Position numbers and translations under genes: made by a program
The notes under the pieces: generated by a model
What the model was told of the DNA's origin: nothing
Seen by the model: the letters and a program-made list of their open reading frames with translations, nothing else
Database searches by the model: none
DNA from: Chiloscyllium plagiosum
Lineage: Eukaryota
Assembly (NCBI RefSeq): GCF_004010195.1
Contig: NC_057719.1
Span: forward strand, 17,040,002 to 17,104,001
Direction: 5' to 3'
DNA: 64,000 bases
Shown: one piece after another, positions 37,738-50,408 of the stretch
Layout: each line of letters starts with the position of its first letter
Position numbering within the stretch: position 1 is the first letter of the stretch

Positions 37738-40700
37738 TACTTTTGTTTGATGCCTGTGTCATGTGATGAAAGAAATTATTGAACCTTGACTTGTACAGCA
37801 CTGAAGGAGGCTATTCATCCCATTAAATTGATGTCAGCAAGAGCATTCCAGCCCCATTTGTCACACTTTTCACTTATTCCTAATTTTTTTTCTCTCCTTC
37901 AGATATTTATCAAATCCTTTTTTGAAGATTACAAATGCATCTGTTTCTAACACATTATCATCTGTCATATTATCAGGCCACATGCCCCTCAACAGAACCA
38001 CTCATATTAAAAGGTATTTCCTTCATGTCATGTGTGTTGTTTTTAACCAATTATCTTTAACTTCTCTCCTCTATACCCCTCTTATCAACCTCTCAGCCAT
38101 ATTTGAAGCTGTTTCTCATTACCTCCCATGTCTAAACCCTTCACAGTTTTAAACAACTCTACAAAATCGTCACATCACCTCAATGCTAAAGCAAAATACT
38201 GCTGGAAATTTGATTTAAAGAAATGACAAATGCCGCAACTACTCACTGGTCTCAGAATATCTATGAAGAGAGCATTTCTTTTAACTCACTCAAAAATGCA
38301 TTCACAGATTTAAGGTTGTCCTCAATATTTCAGGCAGGTAATCTTTCATCAGAACATTGTTCTGTTTTCATTGATGTTGCCTGGTCTGCTGAATATTTCC
38401 AGCATTTTTTTTTGTTTCTGCCACTCTGACACTTCCACCTCCCTAAGGACAACAAACCATTTGCCATCTTGATGGAGTACTGAATCTATAAGGAGTGGGA
38501 ATACATCCAATTCGTTCTCCCTAGGAGCATGCCTCCTGCTGGCAAGCCATGTAACTGCAACGATCAGAAAAGCAGGGGGTAGAGGGTGGTGTATGGACCA
38601 CTGCTGAAAACACTGCAAAATTCAGCATTGGATGGGTTAATATGTCTGCCTGCCTACGTAGTTACTTCCAAGGAATTTTCAAAAAAAGGGGCTTTCATGA
38701 GGGGACCATTTACTGACATAAATGAGATCTGCAGCTTTTAAAAATTAATTGTAATGTAGACACTGCTTAATGAAAAAAAACAGAATGTGTTATTACTTTG
38801 CCTGCATCAGATCAACTGTTCTGTTTTTATTTTGCCTCGAGTTTCTCACGAAACGAAGGGGTTTTCTTTTGATGTATTTAGCTTCACGGCTTCTGAGCAC
38901 TCGCTAATTCCATCTGTCCACAACACAGAAGAAGAAATAGCGAGAGAAAGCATTTCCATATGTGCAAATTATCACCAAGCCTCCCATAAGCTGCAAAGAG
39001 CTCCTCTGAAGCAGAGACAGAGAACAGCTGCCAACACACTAATGGCATTAAAAAGGTAATAGCAGACCTCTGAGGTACATTTTTAAAACATCAAATTTTA
39101 ACATTATACTTTCGATTTTTTAGCAAATCCAGATCTTCCAATGCATTTATCAGCAAAATTTCAATTAGTATGTTTATGTTTTAAACTAGCTTTTTTTTCC
39201 TCTTCCCCCCCCTCTCCCTCCAGCTGTAACAACCCTGAAATAGTTTGTTTCAGTCAATAATAATACAGTAATTCTAGACAACTAACGCGGGTCATTCTGG
39301 TGGGGCCCACTAAAATAGATCTGAGCTTCAAAGGAAATTCTGTACTGAAAAGGCTTTAAGCACCTCTCAGTTTCTCAGCCTGTACAAAGAAATGAGATGT
39401 ACTGTGGGTGGATTTTTTTAAGGTTCTAAGGATATTATTCTGATAATATAAGCACCCAAAATGTTAACTTAGAGCAGTGAAAGCAACTGAACTCCAAACT
39501 GCATACCGAGATGTTATCCTAGAGCAAATTCAACGGCATTGTCCTGTATTAAGAGCACTGGATGGAAGTTAGCCCTGGTGCAAAAGATCCTGTCTATGGT
39601 TTACTGACAGGATCAGCAGTAAAGGACTGAATGAATACCACCAAAATCCATGGTTGTGAGAGCGATTTTCTTTCTTAGAACCTTTTCAGTCTCCTGTTAC
39701 AGTAAAATTGTTTTACTTCTTGAAAAAAGAAAACAAAATTATTTTCATCAAATCACCGTTGAAAAAAAAAATGCATTGGCCACAGGAAGGGTATGATATT
39801 ACCATGTGCTGTGCCATGTCAGTTAAGGAACTTAATCCCCCTGTCAATTAGGTGACTGAATTCCAATCACTGCTGACTGGATCGTGTGATCCAGTATCCA
39901 ATCCTTTCTATCTGTCACACGTGAACACTCAATACGCACTCCGCCGAATGATACAGCTCTCTGATAATATTTACTCCAGTTTTGCAGAGATTCCTGCTGA
40001 GAATTTATTCCGGAGCCTGAAATCAGAGTGTTCAAGAAGGATTTTTGCTGCTCATCGCAACGGAGAGGTCCTTCTTTCCCCCACACTCCCACCCCCATTG
40101 CACCTCTTCTCCTCGGAGGGTGTTTAAAATTGGCAAAAAAGCAAGGGCTTATGCTGAAGAATGTAACATTCAAGAGCTAGGAGCACACAAGTCTATTGAT
40201 TAGATGAGTTTGTTCAGGATACTTTCTCCACAGCATTCCTATTGCTCGCGGCTCTGTCAATGTGTGTGCCTTATGCCTCTGGCTGTTCGTAAAAGGAGCT
40301 GGAGGGCTTATATTTTTTTTTAATTAAACAGATAGGAATTGCTATAATAGCAAGTGCCTTTCAGGTGCCACTGAAGGTCATATTTATTTTCTGCATGCAG
40401 TTTTTGTTCCTACAGATATATTAGGTTGCTAATCACTAACTCTTAAAATTGCATCCTTTTAAATAAGAATGTGTCAAATCAATCATAATGGCACAGCTTC
40501 TATATGTAGGACTCATTCTCTGTGCCTCTCACCTTTTCCCTTACATTATCAACCGATTTTGTCTATAATGCGACAAACATATTGTTCAGGAAATACACTA
40601 AGACTCTGAAAATCCATAAGTGCCAATTTTGGCTTTATTCCTGTTATCCCTGAATTCCCCCCGCTGCTGATGCTCACCCATACGGGCACAACGGACACCT

Positions 40701-40859
40701 CATTTCTGTAAGACCCATCATTGGCTGCCTATCCCACTGTGGTTGTTAATGCTCCAGCACAGTCCTGGACTCACCAGGAATAGTAGGTTAATCTGAAGGT
40801 TATTTCGCCATGTTTAAAGTGATACTCCAAATGAAGCAACAGTGATGTAAGAAAGAAAC

Positions 40860-41055
40860 TGTTATTAGACTTCCGAATGGAACTTTCAAATTTCAAATTT
40901 AATGTTGACCTTGCTCTCTGCAGCAGTAACATTGTATTCCTGGCTCTGTTCTATAACTTTGATGCACTTTGTATGGTATGATCTGCCTGTACTGCATGCA
41001 AAACAAACTTTTCATTGTACTGAGATACATGTGACAAAAATAAATCAAATCAAAT
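40860..41055 (+). mobile_element. Rex1-type 3' tail fragment
   Basis: Matches 16540-16740 and 21495-21852; ends AAATCAAATCAAAT. Confidence 0.75.
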
Positions 41056-41460
41056 TACAAAAACCTCTTCACGCAGCAAGTAGCTAGGGTCTGGAATGTA
41101 CTACCTGGAAATATGGTCGAGACAGTTTCAATTGAAGCATTCAAGAGAACATTGGGTGATAATTTGGATAGAAATTGTGCATATGGATATGGAATAAAAG
41201 CAGGAGATGGGACATAGGGGATAGAACCAGCACAAGCATGATGGTCCAAATAGCCACCTTCTGCAGCTGTAACAATTCTGTGATTCTGCTGGAACACGTG
41301 GATGAAGAAAATGTCATTAAAAGTTAGACATTAGAAAATAAATAATGTTGTTTTATATTGGGCTTTTCTTTTTGATAATTGCCAATTTCATAGCTGGTTT
41401 CTCTGTGAGGCCTAGTGATTTTTTTTTGAGCCATTGTCACAAACTCCCCTCCTTAATTAT

Positions 41461-41747
41461 GGGTGGCACAGTGGTTAGCACTGCTGCCTCACACTGCCAG
41501 AGACCCGGGTTCAATTCTCGCCACAGGCGACTGGCTGTGTGGAGTTTGCACATTGTCTGCGTGGGTTTGCTCCGGGTGCTCCGGTTTTCTCCCACAGTCC
41601 AAAAATGTGCAGGTTAGGTGAATTGGCCATGCTGGATTGCCCGTAGTGTTAGGTGTAGGGGAATGGGTCTGGGTGGGTTGCACATCGATGGGACGGTGTG
41701 GACATGTTGGGCTGAAGGGCCTGTTTCCACACTAAGTAATCTAATCT
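41461..41747 (+). mobile_element. HE1-type V-SINE (tRNA-derived)
   Basis: Head GGCACAGTGGTTAGCACTGCTGCCTCAC, B-box GGTTCAATTC, V-domain CTGTGTGGAGTTTGCACATT..CCCACAGTCCAAA, and CR1-like tail GAAGGGCCTGTTTCC. Confidence 0.9.
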
Positions 41748-41924
41748 TAACCACCCCCATGGCATCCCTCTTGTCCAATGCTGACCTGATCCTACCACAT
41801 GCTGCAGCTGGGAGTACTCACCACCACTGACTAAAATTCTTGAATGTACCCTGTCAACAGTGCCATCTGTGAAGCACTGTCAGTCTTGAGCTACCCCGCA
41901 CGGTTTTGTACATTTGCCATGACA

Positions 41925-42760
41925 TGGCATGGAGGCCACCTGAAAGTCCCTACACATGGAGTGATGCAGTGGAGAGCTTTCCTATCCCCTCAGGACCACC
42001 AGAACAGGATATGAATCTAGATCCTGCCCGCTTGGTCCCAGTATCTATCAGCTTCTCTGCTGTGCCAGACTAAGTGCCACCACCTTTTTGCCACTTCACA
42101 TTCATTTTATCTCTGCAAATGCCGACCTCCCAGTCCTGCAGCCCTCTTGACCTGCTCTAGTAGCTGGCATTAATACATGGCTGCATCCCAAACATAAGAG
42201 CAGCTGCCAACACAGCACTTCGCCCATCCCCAGGAAATGGAGTTAGGGCCGATAGACTATGGTGTCTGTCCGGACCCTGTGCACTGTGAGAGCTCCCTGT
42301 GGCTGTGACCTCTGCACAAGCTGTCCTGCTGCTTATCCTGCTTCTGGGTTTGCTGTCAGCCCTGGTTCCTCCTGAATCTGCCTTCACCTTCTCTTGGAGG
42401 TAGCCACAGTGACCAGCATTGCATCCCACCAGCAGCCGGGCACAGGATGGTCACTCAGTTAGCATGTCTAAGGAGCAAAAGAGTTTTGTCAATCTCAATG
42501 TTGGAATACCATGCAGACAAGGCCTGCAGTCACCTCTCTGGACAGTGATCGCACGAGGGCCATGTCTCTATCGTTCATTCAGCTTTACCCTCAGTATGTG
42601 CACTAACTTGTTAAGAATGCCATGTCAGGTGACCACCGCATTACATCGCTGCACTCTGGAACCCTTCCCATTGCAGGCACATCAACTGTTCAACTTTTCA
42701 CAACATTCAGTACAAACCATCATTACACTTACAGGACAGAGGATAAAGCAAAGGTCTACA
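41925..42760 (+). mobile_element. Possible highly decayed PIF/Harbinger relic
   Basis: VTTALHRCTLEPFPLQAHQLFNFSQHSVQTII (about 42630-42725) loosely resembles the Harbinger transposase helix-turn-helix segment; 41930-42100 loosely resembles the Myb/SANT partner ORF. Weak resemblance only. Confidence 0.25.
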
Positions 42761-43364
42761 CCTCTCACAAAATGCTTGGAAATTGTGTGGGTGATGGTTC
42801 ACCTTTGACCAGCTTTGGCCTATTTTCAGTTATGGTTGCTCACTTCAACATCATTGAGATGCCAATGGTCTCTTTGCAAACACCAATTTGCAAGCTGTAA
42901 ATCATCTTTAACCAATGTTTGGCCCCTAACTATGCTCACTATTGCAAATGTACAATGAAATGATTACAAATTAATTGTATTCAGAGTTTGTAAATGCCTG
43001 CATCATGTCTTTGTCCCTTCAATGCCCCTGCACTTTTCAGTCAAAAGGACTCCCCTCATACTTGACATTCTCCCAGATATTTTCCAGTTGCATTTCACAT
43101 CTAGAGAATGACAAGTAATGCCAGAGAATGTAGCTCACACTGGACATCATCATCAGCAAGCTCTGCTGGGTTCTGACCCTCACCCTGAGCCTCCACATGA
43201 TCCATCAGCCCATTTGAAAACCTCCCACCTCCCAGCACAGTCATGTGGAGGGCCACGACATTGATCTTCACTCTGTGCTCTCCTCCCTGCCTCCTGAATT
43301 TTGACAATACCCACCCTGCTCCTCTATGTTCCTGCTGTGGAGAGACTGCTGATAACTCCCTATC

Positions 43365-43422
43365 TTGGTGCTCCTCGAATGCTGCCTGACCTGCTGTGCT
43401 TTTCCAGCATCACTCTAATCTA
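43365..43422 (+). mobile_element. Family A mini-insertion
   Basis: GCTCCTCGAATGCTGCCTGACCTGCTGTGCTTTTCCAGCA; TSD AACTCCCTATC at 43354-43364 and 43423-43433. Confidence 0.8.
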
Positions 43423-44528
43423 AACTCCCTATCATGATGTACCATGCCCTCTGATGCTGCATACCTCCCATTCACCCATCATCATCCCTGTCCCACCTTG
43501 AAGCAATGCCTTTGCTCTCCCACCATCAGCCTTGACAACACCCCGATCCTCCTGGAAGTGAACCACTTGCCACCTCGTGATCAACAGGTGGGCACCTACA
43601 TCTGCATTTGACCCAATCTCTGACCAATTTCAATCAGACCCCTGATGGCTGACTTTACAGATCCTCAACAACTGACGATACACCATTCCCTGCTCACTGA
43701 TATCAGCCCTCCGCAACTGACCATTGTCAACACCTTGAACTGTAGTCAGACAAATTACAAGAAAATGTCAGCAGGTCTGGCAGTGTCTGCAGACAGAAAT
43801 CAGAATTAACATTTCGGATCCACTTCTTCAGAACTGGAGGTGCAGTTGGTTCTGAGGCATTGTAGTTGAGATGTTGTTAGAGTCTATAGCTGTAACTGTT
43901 TCTAGCTTCTATTCTTTTATATCCAAACGTGCTCCGACACATGATTGATTCCCATCACCAAATCGCCCATAGAGTTTTTTCCATTTATTAACTGCCATCT
44001 TGAACAGAGGAATGCCCCTGACCAAGACCTTTGACTGTGTGCAGGCTGGTGCCTGTGACTGACTGCATTGAGATCCCCTAAAAGACAACATCTTGGCACC
44101 AATCTTGACTGGACCAGAGACTTGTCCCCTGCCACGTTCTGACATGGCTTTTTAGATGAATTAATATTCAGTGTCTTTGCTGTGCAGGAATCCAGCGCAT
44201 AATGTAGGTTTTGTCTCGACGTTTCAGTCTGCTGAACTGCAGGATAATGCCCCTCCCTTCCATACCCTGCTACCGACAAGCATGACACACAGTGTGCTAA
44301 CACTGGCATAGCACAGCCAGGCAGGGCATGGGATGCTGTGAGCATGAAACATAGGTTCTAGGTGAACAAGTGCTAAGATCCAGTCTCTGAGGTGGGGAAT
44401 CTGTCTCTTTACACAGTGGCCTTTTAATATTAGTGGCCATAGCGCTCTCCAGTGTTTCCAAAGCAGCTTGACAGTGGACCATGAGGGGTTGGCAAATGCT
44501 GGATACCAATATCCATGGGCATGGGGTG

Positions 44529-44656
44529 TTCCTGAAGAAGGGCTTATGCCCGAAACGTCGATTCTCCTGTTCCTTGGGTGCTGCCTGACCTGCTGCGCTT
44601 TTCCAGCAACACATTTTCAGCTCTGATCTCCAGCATCTGCAGTCCTCACTTTCTCC
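44529..44656 (+). mobile_element. Family A short element with intact hammerhead core
   Basis: TTC-CTGAAGA-A-GGGC-TTAT-GCCC-GAAACGTC-GAT at 44529-44562; ends CACTTTCTCC. Confidence 0.88.
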
Positions 44657-44879
44657 TAGGAAAGTTGTCGTGTCAATAAGATATTTAACAAGCTATAATC
44701 CCCTTTAATTGGAAACTCACTGCTGCCTAATGAAAAGTTCACCTCATCAGTAATTGCATAAAAAAGATGCAATGAGTTGCTCCCAAGGCCAAACTCAGCC
44801 TCACTGGGCTTCTCACATGAACCTGCCACAAAAATCTCACCATAGCCAACATCCCTCAGCACTCTAGAAGATTCCAACC

Positions 44880-45090
44880 TGATGGCATCCAAACTGAGTG
44901 TTAGTGAGCAGGTTAGTAGTAAAGTGTCCCTCATTAGCATTTTCAGCAACACCTTCATCTCTGTTTCAGAGTGGACTGATAGGACAATGATTGGCCTGAT
45001 TGGATCTGTCCTTTTGGTGAGCAAGATTTACCTTTCTACTTTGTCGGAGAGACGGCAGTGTTGTACCTGTGCTGGAACCTTTGCTAGAGG
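44880..45090 (-). mobile_element. Decayed LINE RT N-terminal relic
   Basis: The reverse complement resembles K.DKSNPANYRPISLL..KV.E..I..HL..NLLT..QFG; related relics probably continue to about 46050 and at 46690-47040. Confidence 0.5.
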
Positions 45091-46059
45091 AGCAACTGAA
45101 AAAAAGAAAGACATGCAGATGCTGGAAAAGCTCAACAGATCTGGCAGCATCTGTTGCAAGAAATCAGAATTTACGTTTCTGATCCAATGGCCCTTCTTCA
45201 GAATTAGAGATGCAGTTGGTTCTGGGGCACTGCAGTTGTGATGTTGTCAGAGTTTATAGCTTCACCTGCATCTAGTTTCTCTTTTTTTTGTAGCCAAAAG
45301 TGCTCCTACACACGATTGAATGTTTCTGTCTTATCAACAAATCTCCCATGGTTGTTTTTTCCACTTGTTATCTGCCACCAGTAAAATCACCTGAGTTTCT
45401 CATTGAATACTTTACATGCAATACCTGGATCTTGTGTCAATAACCATTTATTGCTAGCACCTGTGGACAATTTAATTAGCTGAAGTCTGGCATCTGTGAA
45501 GCTGGAGACCTCAAGAGGAGGTCAAGATGGAGTATACAGTGAGCAGTTTCAAATGCTTCAATCTTGTCTCATGCACTGACAAACTGATCTCCCCTTTCAT
45601 TCAGAATAAGGAAGTTTATGAAGCCTTTTCCTGCCTGCTTAGTTACCCACAATCATTCATGAGTAGAGATAGCAGGCTGCAGGTCTTTGTGATCCATTCG
45701 TTGTGGGATCGCTTAGCTCTAACAAAACATGCAACCTCCACTGTTTGAAATGCATGCAATCCTGTGTTTTAGCTTCACCAGGGTTGGCACCTTATCTTTA
45801 GGAATAGCTGGTGCTGCTCTGGGCGTACCTCTTGGACACCTTTTTAAACCGCAGTTGACTTCCTGGCTTGGTGGTAAAAGTTGAGCAGAGGATAGGTGCA
45901 ATGAGATCACACATTGAGACTGAGGGCAGTTCTGGTGATGCTGCTGAAGCCTTTAGTACGGCTTTATGGGCTTTGTGCTCATAAATTTGTTTGAATTAAT
46001 GCCTTGTAGCACAGTGGTGCCTGTAGTTAAATACAATACAATATGGAGGATGTCATCAC

Positions 46060-46680
46060 CAGAAGGATGTCTCCCTGCTATAGCAAAGATGTTGTAAAAC
46101 TTGAAAGGTTTCAGAAAAGACTTACAACTTCATCCCTGATGAAGGGCTCCGGCTTGAAACGTCGATTTTCCTGCTCGGGTGTTACCTGACCTGCTGTGCT
46201 TTCCCAGCAACACTCTCAACTCTGAATAGTCAGGATCCTTACTCCAGGGTAGGGAAGTCCAAAACTAGTGGGCATGGGTTTAGGGTGAGAGGGGTAAGAT
46301 TTAAAAGGAACATAGGTGGCAACATTTTTATGCAGAGGGTGGTGCATGTATGGAATGAGCTGCCAGAGGAAGGGGTGGAGACAAATGCAAGTTGCAGATG
46401 CTGGAATCCAAGGTAGACAAGCAGAGGCTGGAAGAACACAGCAAGCCAGGCAGTGCCAGGAAGTGGAGAAGTCATTGTTTCGGGAGTGACCCTTCTTCAG
46501 GAAGTGGTGGAGGCTGATACAATTACAGCATCTAAAAGGCACCTGGATGGGTATATGAATAGGAAGGGTTTCGAGCCAAATGCTGGCAAATGAGATTAGA
46601 TTTGTTTAGGATATCTGACCCATATGGATGAGTTGGACTGAAGGGTCTGTTTCCGTGCTGTACATCTCCACGACTCTACA
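46060..46680 (+). mobile_element. CR1/HER1-type 3' fragment with two nested hammerhead-type insertions (about 46130-46225 and 46381-46498)
   Basis: CR1 motifs AAAGATGTTGTAAAACTTGAAAGG, GTATGGAATGAGCTGCCAGAGG and tail GAAGGGTCTGTTTCCGTGCTGTAC. Confidence 0.85.
46381..46498 (-). mobile_element. Family C short element
   Basis: Reverse complement CTGAAGAAGGGTCACTCCCGAAAC; 14-bp TSD AGGAAG(G/T)GGTGGAG at 46367-46380 and 46499-46512; homologous to 46840-46965. Confidence 0.8.
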
Positions 46681-46839
46681 ACTACAAGATGCTTGCTCCA
46701 ACCATTAGTATCCTGAACAGAGCAGTCTGGTACAACTGAATAAATTCTGTACATTTGCTGTCCTTGCTATCTCCAATGTTTCTTCCAAGTGGTGTTCAAT
46801 GTAGAGGAATACCAACTCATCAATTGAAGGAGGGTTGTC

Positions 46840-46874
46840 AGTCCTGAAGAAGGGTTACACCTGAAACGTCGACT
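46840..46874 (+). ncRNA. Minimal type-I hammerhead ribozyme motif (family C element, 46840-46965)
   Basis: AGTC-CTGAAGA-A-GGGT-TAC-ACCT-GAA-ACGT-C-GACT: stem I AGTC/GACT and a 4-bp stem II; predicted cleavage after C46870. Confidence 0.75.
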
Positions 46875-47789
46875 TCTTCACCTCCTGATACTTCCTGGCT
46901 TGCTGTGTTCTTCCAGCCTCCTGCCTGTCTACTTTGGATTCCAGCACCTGCAGTTTTTTTTTGTCTCTGTAGGTGGTAATCAGCAGGAGATTTCCTTGGC
47001 TATGCTTGACCTAATTCCATGAGATCATTGTTTTTAGTTTATGACAACTAGATTATTCCCCACGAATGAGCTGCTTGAGTTACATGCTAGATAATAACCA
47101 CTGCATGTAAATCTTCCTTATGCTACAAAGTGCATTCTGTTTATACTGCATTCTGTTTGATATGTTACAGGTCCAAGGTAAGGCTAGAATACTTGATAAG
47201 TACCTTGTATTGGTCATTAGTAAAGAAAAGAATCCTGATAAAATGTCATTAGAAGTAGAGCTGGTCTAGATAATGGACAGGGTAAAATAAATAGTCAGGG
47301 TAATTGGAAAGGCTGCAATCCTCAGATTGGCTCAGCCATCTGGTCCAGATGCCTTGAAATAGCTTGGCCTGCTCTTCTGAGGGGAGATTTGTTCAGAGTT
47401 GCACAGAACTACAAATAGTTGGACAGGGTAGACAAAGAGAAACTGTTCCCATTAGCTGATGGTATAAGGACTTTGCAGACAGAAATCTAGGATATTTGGT
47501 AAGAGATAACAGAGGTGGTATGAGGGAGAATCTTTTTATGCAGCTAGTAAAATGAACCAGAACTCACTGACCATAAGAATAGTAGATGGATGACTTCAAA
47601 AGGAAATTGAATAGGTGCTTGAGGGATGGAGCAGGAGAATGGACACACTGGGTTGCTCTGTATGAGCTGGCATGGGGTTGTTGGTCCAACTTGTCTCTTT
47701 TTGTGTGATAATAAATTTTGACTCTAATGAACCCATACTTGGTTGAGACTCATGAGTAAAATAATACATTTTCAGCAGTATTAATAGGA

Positions 47790-48230
47790 AGATGAAAGAC
47801 TTTCATTTATATGGTGCCTTTGATGACTTCAGAAATTCTAAAACATGCTACCACCAATGAAGTGTCATCACTACTTCAATGCACAAAATGCAGTGACCTG
47901 TTTGCATGCCACGTGCCTACACAAATAGGAATGAGACATATGACAAAGTCATCCGTTTTAGCGTTGCTGAGTTGTGAACATTCACCAGAACAGCACAATA
48001 TGCTTCCCTGTCTTTCTTAAAGATTTAGTGTTATGGAATCTTTTTATGTCCACTTGAAAGCACAGGTGGAACCATAGTTTATCATTTATTTGGAAAGGTG
48101 TCACCTCCAACAGTCCACCACACCCTCAATACTGCACTAAAATGCTAACCTGGAATTTATGCTCAGGTCTCTGGAGCAGGCCTCAAACCTAGAATCTACT
48201 AACCCAGATGTCAGGGTATTTCTCTAAGGA
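47790..48230 (-). mobile_element. Deu-domain SINE relic
   Basis: GGTGTCACCTCCAACAGTCCACCACACCCTCAATACTGCACT is the antisense Deu motif. Confidence 0.55.
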
Positions 48231-48966
48231 TAATGTTAACTCCAGTGGATCCATATCAATAACAGTACTGACTCAGTGTACAGTACCTGGTTCTCATCAC
48301 AATATATGAATAATATGGTGCAGAAAGACATGCTTTAATCAGCGACCAATGTAAATTAATGTAAACCATAGTATGGAATGTCAGATTAAAAGAACTATAT
48401 CAATTCTTGTACAGGAAAAGGCATGAGCATCTTTAATCACGGTGGCCAAATATCTACCTAGGAAGTGGAGTGCAGGTGTTTCCGGGGGAGACTGAACGTT
48501 GTTTAGACAACAAAATATTTGGGAACTTGTAAATCAAAAATTCCTGTTTGTTTAAAAAAAAAATGGCCAGTTCAGGGACATGGTGAGACAATTTGGCAAA
48601 GTCAGTCATGATTTGTCAAAGATGTGGCACGCCTAATTTGTTTTCTTGTTGCCTGTCTGGCCAATAATTCAGAAATTCCTAACTATTGCAACTTTCAGCA
48701 GATTTATGACCATTTTGGTTAGCAAATTGGCCACCGATTTAAATTGCTGCTGGCCATCTGGGGCGAAAGTAGCTTGTACCTTCAGAGTGGCGTCAGGCAT
48801 TGTTTTCATTGAGCTTTAAGACACTAGTTGGTATCATAAACCACAATGCTGCACTGAAATCTTTCTACTCTTGTAATTGCATGACTTCTGTTGACAGAAA
48901 ATTGCAGTAAATTTGGACTTCTTTGAAATTATCCTTGCATTTCTAGGAAAGCAAAGCTCTTCCAGT

Positions 48967-49165
48967 AACAGAAACAAAAATTGCTGAAAATTCTCAGCAG
49001 ATCTGGCAGTATCTCTTCAGAACTATTCTGAAGAAGGGTCACTGGATCTGATTGATTTTGCTTTCTCTTCACAAATGCTGTCAGACCTGTTCAGCTTTTC
49101 CAGCAATTTCTGTTCTTGTTTCTGATTTCCACAGTTCTTTCTTTTTTGTTGTTGTTGTTGTTGTT
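48967..49165. mobile_element. Fold-back short element, family D (degenerate hammerhead)
   Basis: Inverted arms around CTGAAGAAGGGTCACTGGATCTGA (49028-49051); TSD AAAGCT(C/T)TTCCAGT at 48953-48966 and 49167-49180. Older relatives occur at about 38190-38420 and 59480-59730. Confidence 0.75.
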
Positions 49166-49319
49166 TAAAGCTTTTCCAGTGCCTCTTTTTGATTCATTCA
49201 TGGGATGTGAACAACACTGAGTAAGTCAGCATTTTATTTGCCCAGAGGCCAGTTAAGAGTTAACCACATTGCTGTGAATCTGGAGTCACACATAGGCCAG
49301 AGCAGCAGTATCTTCCCAA

Positions 49320-49775
49320 AAGGAACTTTCTCCCCGTAACCCTTGATACCCTTGACAATTAAGATCCTATCTCTCTGTCTTAAAGATAACTCAATTACCT
49401 GGCCTCCACAGCCTTCTGTAGCAGTGAATTCCATAGAAGAAGTTCCTCCTTATCTCCGTTCTAAAAGTTTTCCTTTTACTCTAAGAGTGTGCCCTTGGGT
49501 CCTAGTCTCTCCTACCAATGGAAACATCTTCCCAACATCCACTCTGTGCAGGCCATTCAGTATTCTGCAAGTTTCAAATAGATTCCAACCCCCCACCCCC
49601 CTCCAACCCTCATCCTTCTAAACTCCATCAAGTACAGACGCAGAGTCCACACATGTTCCTCATATTTTAAGTTTTTCATTACAGAGCCTCAGAGGTATGC
49701 TTTTATATTCAAGTCCCCTCAAAATAAATGCCAACATTGCATTTGCCTTCCTAACTATTGACTCAAGTTTACCTC
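49320..49775 (-). mobile_element. CR1 LINE fragment (same subfamily as 54565-56690)
   Basis: High similarity to 54715-55230. Confidence 0.8.
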
Positions 49776-49882
49776 GAGAGAAACCTGTGCTGAGAAGGTT
49801 AAGGGAAATTTCAATAGAGGTTCATAACCCAAAAGGTCGTAACCCCTGTTCAGAATTTAAAAGACATCCCTTGATTAACAGT

Positions 49883-50142
49883 GGGCAGCACGGTAGCACA
49901 GTGGTTAGCACTGCTGCCTCACAGCACCAGACACCCAGGTTCAATTCCCACCTCAGGCAACTGTCTGTGTGGAGTTTGCATATTCTCCCTGTCTCTGCAT
50001 GGTTTTCCGCCCACAGTCCAAAAATTGGCCATGCTAAATTGCCTGTAGTGTTAGGTGAAGGGGTAAATGTAGGAGAATGGGTTTGGTGGGTTGCTCATCG
50101 GAAGGCCGAAGGGCCTGTTTCCATACTGTAAGTAATCTAATC
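49883..50142 (+). mobile_element. HE1-type V-SINE
   Basis: GGGCAGCACGGTAGCACAGTGGTTAGCACTGCTGCCTCACAGCACCAG..GGTTCAATTCC..; homologous to 41461-41747. Confidence 0.9.
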
Positions 50143-50366
50143 AAAAAACCAGACAGATTTTCTTGACAATCAGTAATAGTTTCATGGCCACCATGAGATT
50201 CCTAATTCCATATTTTAATTGAAGTTATATTCTAACATTTGCCCTGGTTTGGTTTGAACCAAAATACTCTGGGGAGAAAGTGAGGTCTGCAGATGCTGGA
50301 GATCAAAGTTGAAACTTTATTGCTGGAACAGCACAGCAGGTCAGGCAGCATCCAGGGAACAGGAGA

Positions 50367-50400
50367 TTCGACGTTTCGGGCACAGGCCCTTCTTCAGGAA
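50367..50400 (-). ncRNA. Minimal type-I hammerhead ribozyme motif (antisense arm)
   Basis: Reverse complement reads TTC-CTGAAGA-A-GGGC-CTGT-GCCC-GAAACGTC-GAA. Confidence 0.75.
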
Positions 50401-50408
50401 GGCTTCAG

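Noticed and set aside
41461..41530. tRNA gene
   Set aside because: The A/B-box-like head belongs to a V-SINE and I could not fold a complete cloverleaf.
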